Shown piece after piece: positions 19,600 to 29,761 of a stretch of DNA of 64,000 nt; the first letter of the stretch is position 1, and each line of letters starts with the position of its first letter. The stretch spans positions 1,467-65,466 of the forward strand of contig CANAIR010000003.1 of assembly GCA_947361355.1 (NCBI GenBank), read 5' to 3'. The DNA is from an uncultured Clostridium sp. GTDB lineage: Bacteria > Bacillota > Clostridia > TANB77 > CAG-465. Under the pieces are notes generated by a model. The model was given only the letters and a program-made list of their open reading frames with translations, was not told the DNA's origin and ran no database searches. The translations under genes were made by a program, and so were the position numbers.

Positions 19600-21663
19600 A
19601 TGCCAGATAAATTAGTTATAGTGGAATCGCCTTCAAAGGCAAAAACAATAAAGAAATATTTAGGAACTGACTTTGAAGTTATCGCATCTCAAGGTCATAT
19701 AATAGATTTGCCAGCTAGCAAATTAGGCGTTGATGTAGAAAATAATTTTAAGCCTGAATATAAAACAATGAAGGGAAAAGCTAAAATTGTTAAAGAAATA
19801 AAAGATAAGGCAAAAGGAAAAAGTAAAGTATATCTTGCAACCGACCCTGATCGTGAAGGTGAAGCTATTGCATGGCATATAAAAAATGTACTTGATATAA
19901 AAGATACGGATGAATGTAGAATTGCATTTAATGAAATAACTAAATCTGCTGTGAAAAAGGCAGTGGAATCGCCAAGAAAAGTAGATAATAATTTGGTTGA
20001 TGCACAACAGGCAAGACGTATATTAGATAGAATTGTAGGTTATAAACTCTCTCCACTATTATGGAAAAAAATAAAAAGAGGACTAAGTGCGGGTAGAGTT
20101 CAATCAGTTGCCTTAAAACTTATTATGGATAGAGAAAAAGAAATAAGAAACTTTAAATCAGAGGAATATTGGTTGCTTAGTGCAAAGCTTTCTAAAAAAT
20201 CAGAAAAAGTAATTGCAAAATTTTATGGAGATATTAATGGAAAAATTGATTTAGTTAATGAAAAGCAAATTAATGATATTATAAAAGTTATAGATGGTAA
20301 AGAGTATAAAATAGTTGATATAAAAAAATCAGAAAGAAAGAAAAATTCGCCACCTCCATTTACTACTTCTTCTATGCAACAAGAAGCTTCTAGGAAACTT
20401 GGTTTTAGTGTTAAAAAAACTATGATGGTTGCACAAAAGTTATATGAAAATGGTTTTATTACATATATGAGAACAGATTCAACTAGACTTTCTGAAGACG
20501 CAAAGAAGATGGCAAAATCATATATAATAGATAGTTATGGTAATAATTATTACTTAAATAGAGTGTTTAAGGCAAAAGAAAATGCACAAGATGCACATGA
20601 GGCAATACGTCCTAGTAGACTAGATGTTGATGTATCTTCATTTAGTTCTGATGAGCAAAAATTATATACATTAATAAAAAATAGATTCTTGGCTTCACAA
20701 ATGTCTGTTGCTGTATATGATACAACAAAAATTATAATTCAAGTAGAAAATTATATCTTTAATTTAACAGGTAGTATTATAAAGTTTGATGGATTTATGA
20801 AACTATATATTGAGGGAAAAGACGATGGTGGAAAACAAAGTGAAGAAAGTGAGAATATTCTTCCAGAATTTAATATTGGAGATGTATTAAAACAGGAAGA
20901 ATTAATGCCTGAACAAAAATTTACTGAACCACCATATAGATATACTGAAGCTACTCTAGTAAAAGTAATGGAAGAAAAGGCAATAGGAAGACCTAGTACA
21001 TACGCACCTACTATTTCAACAATATTAGATAGAACATACATAGAAAAAGATAAGAAGTTTTTAGTTCCAACTAAACTTGGAGAAATAGTTAATGATATGT
21101 TAGAAGAATATTTTAAAAATATTGTGGATGTTGCATTTACAGCTGATATGGAAAATAAACTTGATATGATTGCTGAAAATAAAGAAAGTTATGTACATAT
21201 GCTTACTGAATTTTATTCACCTTTTATTACACATTTAGAAGAAATTGAAAATAAAATAGAAAGAGTAAAGATTCCTGAAGAAGAAACTGATATAAAATGT
21301 GAATTATGTGGAAAAAATATGGTTATAAAACAAGGAAGGTTTGGAAAATTTTTAGCATGTCCTGGTTATCCAGATTGTAAAAATGCTAAGCCTATTGTAC
21401 AAGAGTGTGATGTCCCATGTCCAAAGTGTGGAGGTAAAGTATTAATTAAGAAAACTAAAAGTAAAAGAAACTTTTATGTTTGCGAAAATAATACAAATAC
21501 TGAAGATAGTAAATGTGATTTTATTTCTTGGAATAAACCAAATAAAGATGGAACTGTTGATGAACATAAAAAAATAACTAGAAGAAAATCTACAACAAAG
21601 AAAACTACTAAAAAAGTAACAAAAAAAAATTCTACTAAGTCTAAAACAACAAAAAAGAAATAA
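19600..21663 (+). CDS. topA: DNA topoisomerase I
   Basis: LVIVESPSKAKTIKKYLG, TDPDREGEAIAWH and YMRTDS, followed by C-terminal Cys4 zinc ribbons and a K-rich tail. Confidence 0.95.
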   Translation: MPDKLVIVESPSKAKTIKKYLGTDFEVIASQGHIIDLPASKLGVDVENNFKPEYKTMKGKAKIVKEIKDKAKGKSKVYLATDPDREGEAIAWHIKNVLDIKDTDECRIAFNEITKSAVKKAVESPRKVDNNLVDAQQARRILDRIVGYKLSPLLWKKIKRGLSAGRVQSVALKLIMDREKEIRNFKSEEYWLLSAKLSKKSEKVIAKFYGDINGKIDLVNEKQINDIIKVIDGKEYKIVDIKKSERKKNSPPPFTTSSMQQEASRKLGFSVKKTMMVAQKLYENGFITYMRTDSTRLSEDAKKMAKSYIIDSYGNNYYLNRVFKAKENAQDAHEAIRPSRLDVDVSSFSSDEQKLYTLIKNRFLASQMSVAVYDTTKIIIQVENYIFNLTGSIIKFDGFMKLYIEGKDDGGKQSEESENILPEFNIGDVLKQEELMPEQKFTEPPYRYTEATLVKVMEEKAIGRPSTYAPTISTILDRTYIEKDKKFLVPTKLGEIVNDMLEEYFKNIVDVAFTADMENKLDMIAENKESYVHMLTEFYSPFITHLEEIENKIERVKIPEEETDIKCELCGKNMVIKQGRFGKFLACPGYPDCKNAKPIVQECDVPCPKCGGKVLIKKTKSKRNFYVCENNTNTEDSKCDFISWNKPNKDGTVDEHKKITRRKSTTKKTTKKVTKKNSTKSKTTKKK

Positions 21664-21668
21664 AATAG

Positions 21669-21716
21669 AACTTCAAATGTAGGTAAAAATTAATCCACTT
21701 TTGAAGTTTTCCTTTT
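21669..21716 (+). terminator. terminator after topA
   Basis: AACTTCAAA / TTTGAAGTT stem followed by a T-rich tract. Confidence 0.6.
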
Positions 21717-21917
21717 TATAATGATAAAATGAATATAAACTATAAAATAATGAAAATATAAGTTGTAAAATATAAGTCGAGTAAATATAATAATTTTACT
21801 CGACTTTATATTATAAGAGTGCAAAAAAATTAAAGATTGATTATTAAATAATCATGAAATAAAAATTATATAAAATATAAAAATTATAAAAAAATAAAAA
21901 TTGCAAATAATATTATT

Positions 21918-22268
21918 ATGATTTATTTTATAGGATTGTTAGTTGGATTTTTAAACGGTTTATTTGCAAGTGGTGCAGGGCAAATATTAGTTTTTTATTT
22001 AATTTTTATAAAAAAATTTGATACTCACTTGATGAGAGGTGTGAGTGTAGCTGTTTTATCTTTAGCAAGTGCTATCTCAATATTTGGATATAGTAGTTTC
22101 ATAGAATTTGATATTATAAAAGTGTTAGTTATTATAATAATAGCAGCTATTACAGGATATATAGGTTCAAAACTTATGAAAAAAATACCAGCAAATATTT
22201 TAAATTTAATATCAGGTGTTTTAATACTTGGATTAACAGTTTATAAAATTGTAGTAGGAGGAAGTTGA
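21918..22268 (+). CDS. TSUP (TauE/SafE)-family transporter, half-size subunit 1
   Basis: 116 aa with about 4 TM segments. LLVGFLNGLFASGAGQILVFYL resembles a TSUP repeat unit. Confidence 0.6.
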   Translation: MIYFIGLLVGFLNGLFASGAGQILVFYLIFIKKFDTHLMRGVSVAVLSLASAISIFGYSSFIEFDIIKVLVIIIIAAITGYIGSKLMKKIPANILNLISGVLILGLTVYKIVVGGS

Positions 22269-22270
22269 TT

Positions 22271-22663
22271 ATGTGGATAACTTTGATATTGATTGCTGTA
22301 TTTAGTGGTATAGTAGCAGGTATGGGGGTTGGTGGTGGTAGTTTGTTTATTTTACTTACTAATATATTTAATGTTTTTTCACATAAAGAGGCACAAAGCT
22401 ATAATCTTATTATGTTTATAGTTGTTGGTATATTTGCAACCATATCTAATTTTAAAAATAAAAATATTGATAAAAAAATTTTAAAAAAATTATTTATACC
22501 TGTTTGCGTAGGTAGTATCTGTGGAATGTTACTTGTAAAGCACATTGATGAAAATTTTTTAAGATATATTTTCTATTGTTTTATGGTATTAATTGGAATT
22601 TATGAAATAATTTCTAGTTTAAAAAATATATTTTCTGCAAAAAATAAAATTGAAAGGAGTTGA
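22271..22663 (+). CDS. TSUP (TauE/SafE)-family transporter, half-size subunit 2
   Basis: 130 aa with about 4 TM segments and VAGMGVGGGSLFILL. The ATG lies 9 nt after a GGAGG SD that overlaps the end of the upstream ORF. Confidence 0.6.
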   Translation: MWITLILIAVFSGIVAGMGVGGGSLFILLTNIFNVFSHKEAQSYNLIMFIVVGIFATISNFKNKNIDKKILKKLFIPVCVGSICGMLLVKHIDENFLRYIFYCFMVLIGIYEIISSLKNIFSAKNKIERS

Positions 22664-22668
22664 TTAAA

Positions 22669-22809
22669 ATGAATTTTACAAAAGGTGCTTTAATAGGAAT
22701 TGTAGCTGGTACTGTAATTGGTGTAATGAATAAAGAAAACATTATGAGTGCTTTTAATTCTACAAAACGTGAAATGAAAAGAATGAAAAGAAAATATAAA
22801 ATGATATAA
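22669..22809 (+). CDS. hypothetical small protein (46 aa)
   Basis: AAGGAG SD. MNFTKGALIGIVAGTVIGVMNKENIMSAFNSTKREMKRMKRKYKMI. A terminator follows. Confidence 0.4.
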   Translation: MNFTKGALIGIVAGTVIGVMNKENIMSAFNSTKREMKRMKRKYKMI

Positions 22810-22821
22810 AAAATAAAAAAG

Positions 22822-22855
22822 GCGTATTGCTAAATCTTGCAATACGCTACTTTTG
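22822..22855 (+). terminator. intrinsic terminator
   Basis: GCGTATTGC / GCAATACGC stem, then TACTTTT. Confidence 0.65.
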
Positions 22856-22920
22856 CTAACGCATAAAAATTCTTAAACCGATTTCTGTCATTTTGTTGAA
22901 GATTTCCAGTACTCTGTCAA

Positions 22921-23262
22921 CTATGATAATATACCATTATTCATAATTCCTACACCAATTAAAGTTAAAATAAAGCCTGAACAAAATATTAAAATAAAAC
23001 CTATAAATAACGATAAAAGTAAAAAGCTAATAAATGAATTTGTTCTATTGTATATGAAATAATCAATTGAGGTTGTAATTAGTGATACAAGAAATGTTAT
23101 CAGTATAGAAAGAAAAATGTTATACATTCCATTTCTTATAATAGCACTAATTATATTAAAAATAAGTGTTATTAAAAAAGTTAATTTAAATCCATAGTAT
23201 TCAAAACACAAATAAATTATGTACGATGAAAAAATAGCAAATATTAAAGAAAATATAACCAT
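22921..23262 (-). CDS. hypothetical polytopic membrane protein
   Basis: 113 aa, almost entirely hydrophobic. Confidence 0.5.
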   Translation of the reverse strand: MVIFSLIFAIFSSYIIYLCFEYYGFKLTFLITLIFNIISAIIRNGMYNIFLSILITFLVSLITTSIDYFIYNRTNSFISFLLLSLFIGFILIFCSGFILTLIGVGIMNNGILS

Positions 23263-23416
23263 GATAATACCTCCATAAATAGAATATCATTAAATTGTTT
23301 TTTTATCAAGAAATTTGTATTATTTATTTTTTTATTAATTTTATACTTAAAAAATTTGTTGATTTTTTTTGTATATTGATATATACTATATAAGATAAGA
23401 AAGTGAGGTTGTAACT

Positions 23417-25657
23417 ATGGAAAACAATTTTACACAGTGGAAAAGTTTTAACAAAGGTGTTTGGTGCAATAAAATAGATGTAAGAGATTTTATACAAAAT
23501 AATTACACTAAATTTGAAGGTGATGAAACATTTTTAAAAGGTCCAACTGAAAATACAAAGAATTTATGGGATAAGGTTTCTAAGCTTATGAAAAAAGAAA
23601 CACAAAAAGGTGGAGTATTAAATGCAGATACTAAAATTATATCTACGATAACGTCTCATAATGCAGGTTATATAGATAAAAATTTAGAAATTATAGTGGG
23701 ATTACAAACAGATGAACCACTAAAACGTGCAATGATGCCTAATGGTGGTATAAGAACTGCTATAAATGCCTTAAATCAATACGGATATGAGATTGATAAG
23801 GATGTAGAAAAGATATTTACTGAATATAGAAAGACACATAATCAAGGAGTGTTTGATGCTTATACTACACAAATGAGAAAATGTAGGAAAAGTGGAATTA
23901 TAACAGGTCTTCCTGATGCTTATGGCAGAGGAAGGATAATTGGTGACTATAGAAGAGTTGCACTTTATGGAATAGATGTACTTATAGAAGACAAGATGAA
24001 ACAAAAACTTGATTTAGAAGTTAATGTAATGGATGAAGAAACAATTAGAAGAAGAGAAGAATTATCTGAGCAAATTAATGCTTTAAATGAGCTAGCAAAA
24101 ATGGCAGTTACATATGGTTTTGATATATCTAGACCAGCTTCTAATGCTAAAGAGGCGATTCAATGGACATATTTTGCTTATCTTGGAGCAATTAAAGAAC
24201 AAAATGGCGCAGCTATGAGTATAGGTAGAATATCAACATTTTTGGATATATATATTGAGCGTGATTTGCAAAGTGGAGTTTTAACAGAAGAACAAGCGCA
24301 GGAATTAATGGATCAATTAATTATAAAATTAAGAATAGTTAGATTTATGAGAACAAAAGAATATAGTGCTTTATTTGCAGGAGATCCAAATTGGGTTACA
24401 GAATCAATTGGTGGTATGGCTTCAAATGGAAATACTTTAGTAACAAAAAATTCATTTAGAATTTTACAAACTTTGTTTAATTTAGGACCAGCACCAGAAC
24501 CTAATTTAACTGTTTTGTGGTCTAATAAATTACCTGAAGGATTTAAAAAATTTGCATCAAAAGTATCAATAAAGACAAGTGCAATACAATACGAAAATGA
24601 TGATTTAATGAGCCAATACTATGGGGATGATTATTCAATAGCGTGCTGTGTATCACCAATGCGTACTGGTAAACAAATGCAGTATTTTGGAGCTAGATGT
24701 AATTTGGCAAAATCTTTATTATACGCAATAAATGGTGGGAAAGATGAGATAACAGGAGACCAAATAGGGCCTGTAATGAATACGCTAAATGGTGAGTATT
24801 TAGATTATGATGAAGTTGTAAAGAGACTTGAAAATATATTTGAATGGGTCGCAGGAGTATATGTTAACGCATTAAATATTATTCATTATATGCACGATAA
24901 ATACGCATATGAAAGATTAGAAATGGCATTACATGATAAAGAAGTAAAACGTACTATGGCTTGTGGAATTGCAGGACTTTCAGTAGTAACAGATTCTCTT
25001 AGTGCAATAAAATATGCAAAAGTAAAACCTATAAAAGATGAAAGAGGTATAATAGTTGATTTTGAAGTAGAAGGAGAGTATCCATGTTATGGTAATGATG
25101 ATGATAGAGCAGATGAAATAGCTATAATGGTTCAAAAAATGATAATGGAAAAGATAAAAAAACAACCAACATATAGAAATTCTGAACATACTATGTCAAT
25201 TCTTACTATTACTTCAAATGTAGTATATGGGGAGAAAACAGGAACCACTCCTGATGGTAGAAAAAAAGGAGAACCATTTGCACCTGGTGCTAATCCAATG
25301 TACCATAGAGAAAAAAATGGTATAATATCAGCCCTAAATTCTGTTGCTAAACTTGATTTTGAAGAAAGTCAAGATGGAATATCTTATACTTTTTCTTTAG
25401 TACCATCTGTTCTTGGTGATAGCGATGAAGAAAAAATAGATACTTTAAAAGTATTACTTGACTCCTATTTTGAAAAAACAGGACATCATATAAATATAAA
25501 TGTTTTAGATAGAGAAGTTTTACTTGATGCTATGGAACATCCAGAAAAATATCCACAGCTTACAATTAGAGTTTCTGGTTATGCAGTAAATTTTGTAAAA
25601 CTTTCTAAAAAACATCAGCTTGATATTATATCTAGGACATTCCATGATAAAAAGTAA
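23417..25657 (+). CDS. pflB: formate C-acetyltransferase (pyruvate formate-lyase)
   Basis: Active-site pair IACCVSPM and the glycyl-radical motif [11 protein letters not shown]. Confidence 0.95.
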   Translation: MENNFTQWKSFNKGVWCNKIDVRDFIQNNYTKFEGDETFLKGPTENTKNLWDKVSKLMKKETQKGGVLNADTKIISTITSHNAGYIDKNLEIIVGLQTDEPLKRAMMPNGGIRTAINALNQYGYEIDKDVEKIFTEYRKTHNQGVFDAYTTQMRKCRKSGIITGLPDAYGRGRIIGDYRRVALYGIDVLIEDKMKQKLDLEVNVMDEETIRRREELSEQINALNELAKMAVTYGFDISRPASNAKEAIQWTYFAYLGAIKEQNGAAMSIGRISTFLDIYIERDLQSGVLTEEQAQELMDQLIIKLRIVRFMRTKEYSALFAGDPNWVTESIGGMASNGNTLVTKNSFRILQTLFNLGPAPEPNLTVLWSNKLPEGFKKFASKVSIKTSAIQYENDDLMSQYYGDDYSIACCVSPMRTGKQMQYFGARCNLAKSLLYAINGGKDEITGDQIGPVMNTLNGEYLDYDEVVKRLENIFEWVAGVYVNALNIIHYMHDKYAYERLEMALHDKEVKRTMACGIAGLSVVTDSLSAIKYAKVKPIKDERGIIVDFEVEGEYPCYGNDDDRADEIAIMVQKMIMEKIKKQPTYRNSEHTMSILTITSNVVYGEKTGTTPDGRKKGEPFAPGANPMYHREKNGIISALNSVAKLDFEESQDGISYTFSLVPSVLGDSDEEKIDTLKVLLDSYFEKTGHHININVLDREVLLDAMEHPEKYPQLTIRVSGYAVNFVKLSKKHQLDIISRTFHDKK

Positions 25658-25680
25658 TTAAATTAAAAATAATAAAAAAG

Positions 25681-25722
25681 CAAAAATCTAAGGAAAAAAT
25701 TAACCTTAGATTTTTGTTTTTT
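25681..25722. terminator. bidirectional terminator after pflB
   Basis: CAAAAATCTAAGG / CCTTAGATTTTTG 13-bp stem followed by T6. Confidence 0.8.
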
Positions 25723-25735
25723 AACAATAACTTTT

Positions 25736-26428
25736 TTACTTTTTATATCTTAAATTATTTTCTTTGATATATACAGAATAAGTTGTTGTTTTTTCTTTAA
25801 TAGGTTTTATGAATTTAAAATATGATAATAGACAATAATATTTACTTTCTTTAGTAAACTTATATATTTTATCATTTCCTTCAGAGATAATTTCATATGA
25901 AGAAATTTCGTTATATGAAATAATTAAAGGTAAAGATATTTCATCATCATATTGCATAACTGTGTAAGTTTTTGCTCTATTATCAAATTTATTTAGTTCA
26001 ATTGTAACAGCTTGCTTTTTACTACCCTTTTCTATTTGATATAAAGATACTTTTTGGGTTGCTATTGACGGTTCATTTATAGTTATGTCTATAAATAGTA
26101 ATATTGCTAAAAAAATTATAGAACACAAAATAGCTAAAGCAAGTAAAGGAGTATTATAAAATTTATCACTATATATACAGAAACTTGTACAAGTTAAGGC
26201 TATTATAAAACAAAAGTAAAAGATTAATAATGAATAATCTATATTTGCTAAAAATATAGAATTGGAAAATATAAAAATGAAAATAAGAGGAATTAGTAAT
26301 AATATTTTTACAAGTTCTTTTTTATTAGTTATATCAATTTTTCTATCGTAATAATAATTTATAAAATATCCCAAATATATACAAACTAAAAAATTTATAA
26401 TTACAGACAATATAAATAAGATTTTCAT
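25736..26428 (-). CDS. hypothetical membrane protein (230 aa)
   Basis: About 5 N-terminal TM segments followed by a soluble C-terminal domain of ~100 aa. No recognisable motif. Confidence 0.55.
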   Translation of the reverse strand: MKILFILSVIINFLVCIYLGYFINYYYDRKIDITNKKELVKILLLIPLIFIFIFSNSIFLANIDYSLLIFYFCFIIALTCTSFCIYSDKFYNTPLLALAILCSIIFLAILLFIDITINEPSIATQKVSLYQIEKGSKKQAVTIELNKFDNRAKTYTVMQYDDEISLPLIISYNEISSYEIISEGNDKIYKFTKESKYYCLLSYFKFIKPIKEKTTTYSVYIKENNLRYKK

Positions 26429-26758
26429 ATTAGTATTTTCTCCTTTTTGTTATTTTTTAGTTAGAACTAATAAGGTTGTATCTTATTAACTTTTGCTTTT
26501 AATGTTCTTCGTATAATATTAATTAGTTTCAAATTAGTGACACCTCCTATAGTAAATTTGGTTATAAAATTTTTTATTATTATACCATATTAACTATAAA
26601 AAAGCAATATTATGTAAATATAATGTTATAAATATATAAACATAGATACTAAAACATAGTACAAATATTAATAATAAAATGATATATCATATATTTTTCT
26701 TGTGTTTGTTTAGCTTAACTGATATAATTAAAATGAAAAAATATAAGAGGTGTAAAAT

Positions 26759-27484
26759 ATGATTGGAAGAATACATTCAATAGAAAGCTTTAGTAAAGTT
26801 GATGGGCCAGGAATTAGATATGTTGTATTTATGCAAGGATGTAATTTACGATGTAAGTTTTGTCATAATCCTGATACTTGGGAAAAGTTTGGTGGAATAG
26901 AAATTAGTGAGGAAGAATTAATAGAAAGAATATTAAAAGCTAAAAGTTATTTAAAAAATGGGAAAGGTGGAGTTACTTTTACTGGTGGTGAACCACTTTT
27001 ACAAATGGATTTTTTAATAAATGTATGTAAAAAAATAAAAGAAAGTGGAATACATATAGCAATTGATACAGCTGGTAATTTTGATACTACTGACGAAAAG
27101 TTAAATGAGTTGATAAAATATGTAGACTTATTTTTATTTGATATAAAACATATGGATGATAAAGAACATAAAGACTTGGTTGGGGTTTCTAATGATAAAA
27201 TATTAAAGCTTGCAACGTATATATCAAATGTAAAAAGAGTTAAAATGTGGATAAGGATAGTATATATACCTGGAATAACTGACAAAAATGATAGTATAAA
27301 GAAATATAAAGAGTTTATAAAAACTTTAGAAAATATAGAAAAAGTAGAAGTTTTGCCATACCATGAAATGGGAAAATATAAATGGAAAGAATTGGGATTA
27401 GATTATAAATTAAAAAATATAAAAATACCAAGTAAAGATGAATGCAAAAAGATTGAAGAATACATTTTTGACAATAATAAATAA
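26759..27484 (+). CDS. pflA: pyruvate formate-lyase activating enzyme (radical SAM)
   Basis: GPGIRYVVFMQGCNLRCKFCHNPDTW contains the CxxxCxxC cluster. GGVTFTGGEPLLQ also present. Confidence 0.93.
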   Translation: MIGRIHSIESFSKVDGPGIRYVVFMQGCNLRCKFCHNPDTWEKFGGIEISEEELIERILKAKSYLKNGKGGVTFTGGEPLLQMDFLINVCKKIKESGIHIAIDTAGNFDTTDEKLNELIKYVDLFLFDIKHMDDKEHKDLVGVSNDKILKLATYISNVKRVKMWIRIVYIPGITDKNDSIKKYKEFIKTLENIEKVEVLPYHEMGKYKWKELGLDYKLKNIKIPSKDECKKIEEYIFDNNK

Positions 27485-27635
27485 ATGTATGCTTCATAAT
27501 AGGATTTTTTACATAAAATTACTTAAATTTATACATCTTTTTAGTAAATTTACTTGCTATTTATATTAATTTATAGTAAAATTATATATGTATTGAAGAC
27601 ACAAAATATAAACGTAATAATAGTGAGGTAAAATT

Positions 27636-27962
27636 ATGGTTTACAAAAAATTAACAATATTTACACTGATTATATCTATTGTAGCTGCTTTTACTTGCAA
27701 TTTTGTTTTTGCAGCTGACAGTGTAATTTCAAATGATAAAATATTAGATTCTACTTTACAGATATTAATATTTTTACAAAAGTATTCATGGCCTATTGTA
27801 ACTTTAGTTTTTGTATATGCTCTATATAAATTCTATGTTATGGGATCTGAATATTTAGATCAAAAAATAGTTGGTCAAAAAATGATAATTGGAATATCAA
27901 TTTTCATGGTGTTAATCCAATGTTTGCCATTGGCTTACGCATTTGTAATTGTAAATACATAA
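27636..27962 (+). CDS. secreted/membrane protein with TrbC/VirB2-pilin-like topology
   Basis: Signal peptide (..CNFVFA/ADS) followed by two long hydrophobic helices. The call rests on topology only, not on sequence motifs. Confidence 0.35.
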   Translation: MVYKKLTIFTLIISIVAAFTCNFVFAADSVISNDKILDSTLQILIFLQKYSWPIVTLVFVYALYKFYVMGSEYLDQKIVGQKMIIGISIFMVLIQCLPLAYAFVIVNT

Positions 27963-27980
27963 GAAAAAGGAGTAGTTTAA

Positions 27981-29726
27981 ATGAAAGTATTATTTGGTAT
28001 TAATAATGATAATACAGTAAAAGGTATTGTAGATTTTTATGAGAAAAAATATAATGAAAAATTAGAATATAAAAATGTATATTATTTTAAACAATTTATA
28101 AAAGAATTATCAACAGGTGATTATCAAAGAGCTGTTATGTTAGAAGAGTTAGAAAAATTTCCTACTAATAATTATGCCCAAATTGATGATTATTTATTTA
28201 AAAATATAGATTCTATGACTGATGTTTTTGATGCAAAAAGTATTGTATATATAGCATCTGATAGAAGAAAACTTGGTGATGATTTTCTTGCTAAATTATT
28301 TAATTTAGGTATGTATACAGTTCTTACAGGGCAAGAAAGAACTAAGGGAAAAGTTTGTGATGCTATAAATAGACCATTTTATAAAAAAGATGTAAAAAAA
28401 TATTATGATAATATCTCAGAAGAAAATGTATACAAATCTGCAGAAGTATCTGAAATAGAAATTCAAAGAATAATATCATATTACCAAAATCAAAATGGTG
28501 TAACTGATAAATATAATGAAATATTTGATAGAATATCTGTACAATATACAGATGATCAATTAAAGGTAATCATAAACTTTTTACCACAAGATGTTAAGCA
28601 ACATTTATCTTTTAATAATGAAAAATATAAGGAATTAGTTGCAAGTATGCCTGAACCTGCACCTGTTGAACAAGTACAAGAAACACCTAGCAATACAAAA
28701 GGTTCTCAAAGTGCTAATAAAGCTGAACCTCAAAGAAGAGTTGTTCAAAAGCCAAAAGAAGTATTAGACAAGCAAAAAGATGCTAATGCTGTAAGAATAA
28801 AAAAAGAACCAGAAATTGTAGAGAAAATTGTTGTTCAAAAAGTACCTAGTGAACCAAAAGTTGTAACACAAGTTTTAGAAAAAGAAGTAGTAAAAAATGT
28901 TTATGAAGTTCCTAAAGATTATAAAAAAGTTGTTGCATTTGTTGGTCCACCAAAGTCTGGAACTACATTTTGTATAAATGCTATTGGTACTTATCTTGCT
29001 AGAAATAAAGTTAAAACTGCAATAGTTGATTTAACAAGAAAAAGAGATTCATATACAATTTATACATATGACAATGAAGGTAAAAGAAATATAGCAGCTG
29101 AGAGTATGCGTTATGCTTCAAATGGTTTAAATGAACCTCTTATGTATGATAAGCTAAGTGTTTATACAGCAATGCCTGGTGAAGATAGAAAAACATACAA
29201 TTCAGGATTATTAGTTGATACTATTATGCAAAACAATAATGTTATATTAATAGATACAGACTTTACAACACCATCTGATTATTTTAGACTTTGTCAAGAA
29301 ATTTATGTAGTTCAAGATATGGATATATTGAACATAAACCAATTGACTATATTCTTAAGACAAATAAAATCACGTGGAGTTCCTATGAATAAGATAAGAG
29401 TTATTATTAATAAACATGTAAATTGTGCTTTGACAGCAAAAGATATATTAGATGGTATAGCTACATATACAAGTTATGATTTGAAAATGTTTGATGAATT
29501 ATTTAATTCTAATGCAATACCATACTTTATATTACCTTTTGATTCAGAAAATTATAAAAAGTATGTTGAAATGATTTTCAAATATCAAAACAAATTCAAT
29601 TCGTTCACACAAGATTTTAGAGAAGCGTTAGGTAGAATAATAAACTCTATATATCCAATTGGTGAAGTAACAACAACAACAACTACTTATTCTACAAATA
29701 AAAGGAGTAAAGTTTTTGGAAAATAG
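27981..29726 (+). CDS. two-domain protein: receiver-like N-domain plus MinD/ParA/BY-kinase-like (SIMIBI) P-loop domain with a non-canonical Walker A
   Basis: N-terminus MKVLFGINNDN...; a P/E/K/V-rich linker; C-terminal VVAFVGPPKSGTTFCINAIGTYLARNKVKTAIVDLTRKRD...VILIDTDF; threonine run TTTTTTYST at the C-terminus. Confidence 0.5.
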   Translation: MKVLFGINNDNTVKGIVDFYEKKYNEKLEYKNVYYFKQFIKELSTGDYQRAVMLEELEKFPTNNYAQIDDYLFKNIDSMTDVFDAKSIVYIASDRRKLGDDFLAKLFNLGMYTVLTGQERTKGKVCDAINRPFYKKDVKKYYDNISEENVYKSAEVSEIEIQRIISYYQNQNGVTDKYNEIFDRISVQYTDDQLKVIINFLPQDVKQHLSFNNEKYKELVASMPEPAPVEQVQETPSNTKGSQSANKAEPQRRVVQKPKEVLDKQKDANAVRIKKEPEIVEKIVVQKVPSEPKVVTQVLEKEVVKNVYEVPKDYKKVVAFVGPPKSGTTFCINAIGTYLARNKVKTAIVDLTRKRDSYTIYTYDNEGKRNIAAESMRYASNGLNEPLMYDKLSVYTAMPGEDRKTYNSGLLVDTIMQNNNVILIDTDFTTPSDYFRLCQEIYVVQDMDILNINQLTIFLRQIKSRGVPMNKIRVIINKHVNCALTAKDILDGIATYTSYDLKMFDELFNSNAIPYFILPFDSENYKKYVEMIFKYQNKFNSFTQDFREALGRIINSIYPIGEVTTTTTTYSTNKRSKVFGK

Positions 29727-29761
29727 TAGTATGTTTATACAAAAGATGAGGAAGTGAATAT

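Noticed and set aside
19723-20007. Antisense ORFs inside long genes (also 1719-1916, 8699-9013, 9153-9389, 16268-16504, 18656-18841, 19113-19322, 20751-21041, 23771-24004, 24980-25189, 26947-27285, 32078-32770, 34516-34886, 37227-37553, 39931-40344, 43519-43761, 45601-45933, 48493-48681, 48836-49153, 50774-51097, 54651-54953, 55051-55242, 55878-56156, 57547-57753, 58103-58288, 59720-59986)
   Set aside because: All of them overlap well-supported genes on the opposite strand or in another frame. They lack SDs and have low-complexity composition typical of shadow ORFs in AT-rich DNA.
26490-26560. 20-codon minus-strand ORF (TTG start after AGGAGG) upstream of the 230-aa membrane protein gene
   Set aside because: A single SD-like match in AT-rich DNA, a non-ATG start and no other support. 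Too weak to report as a feature.
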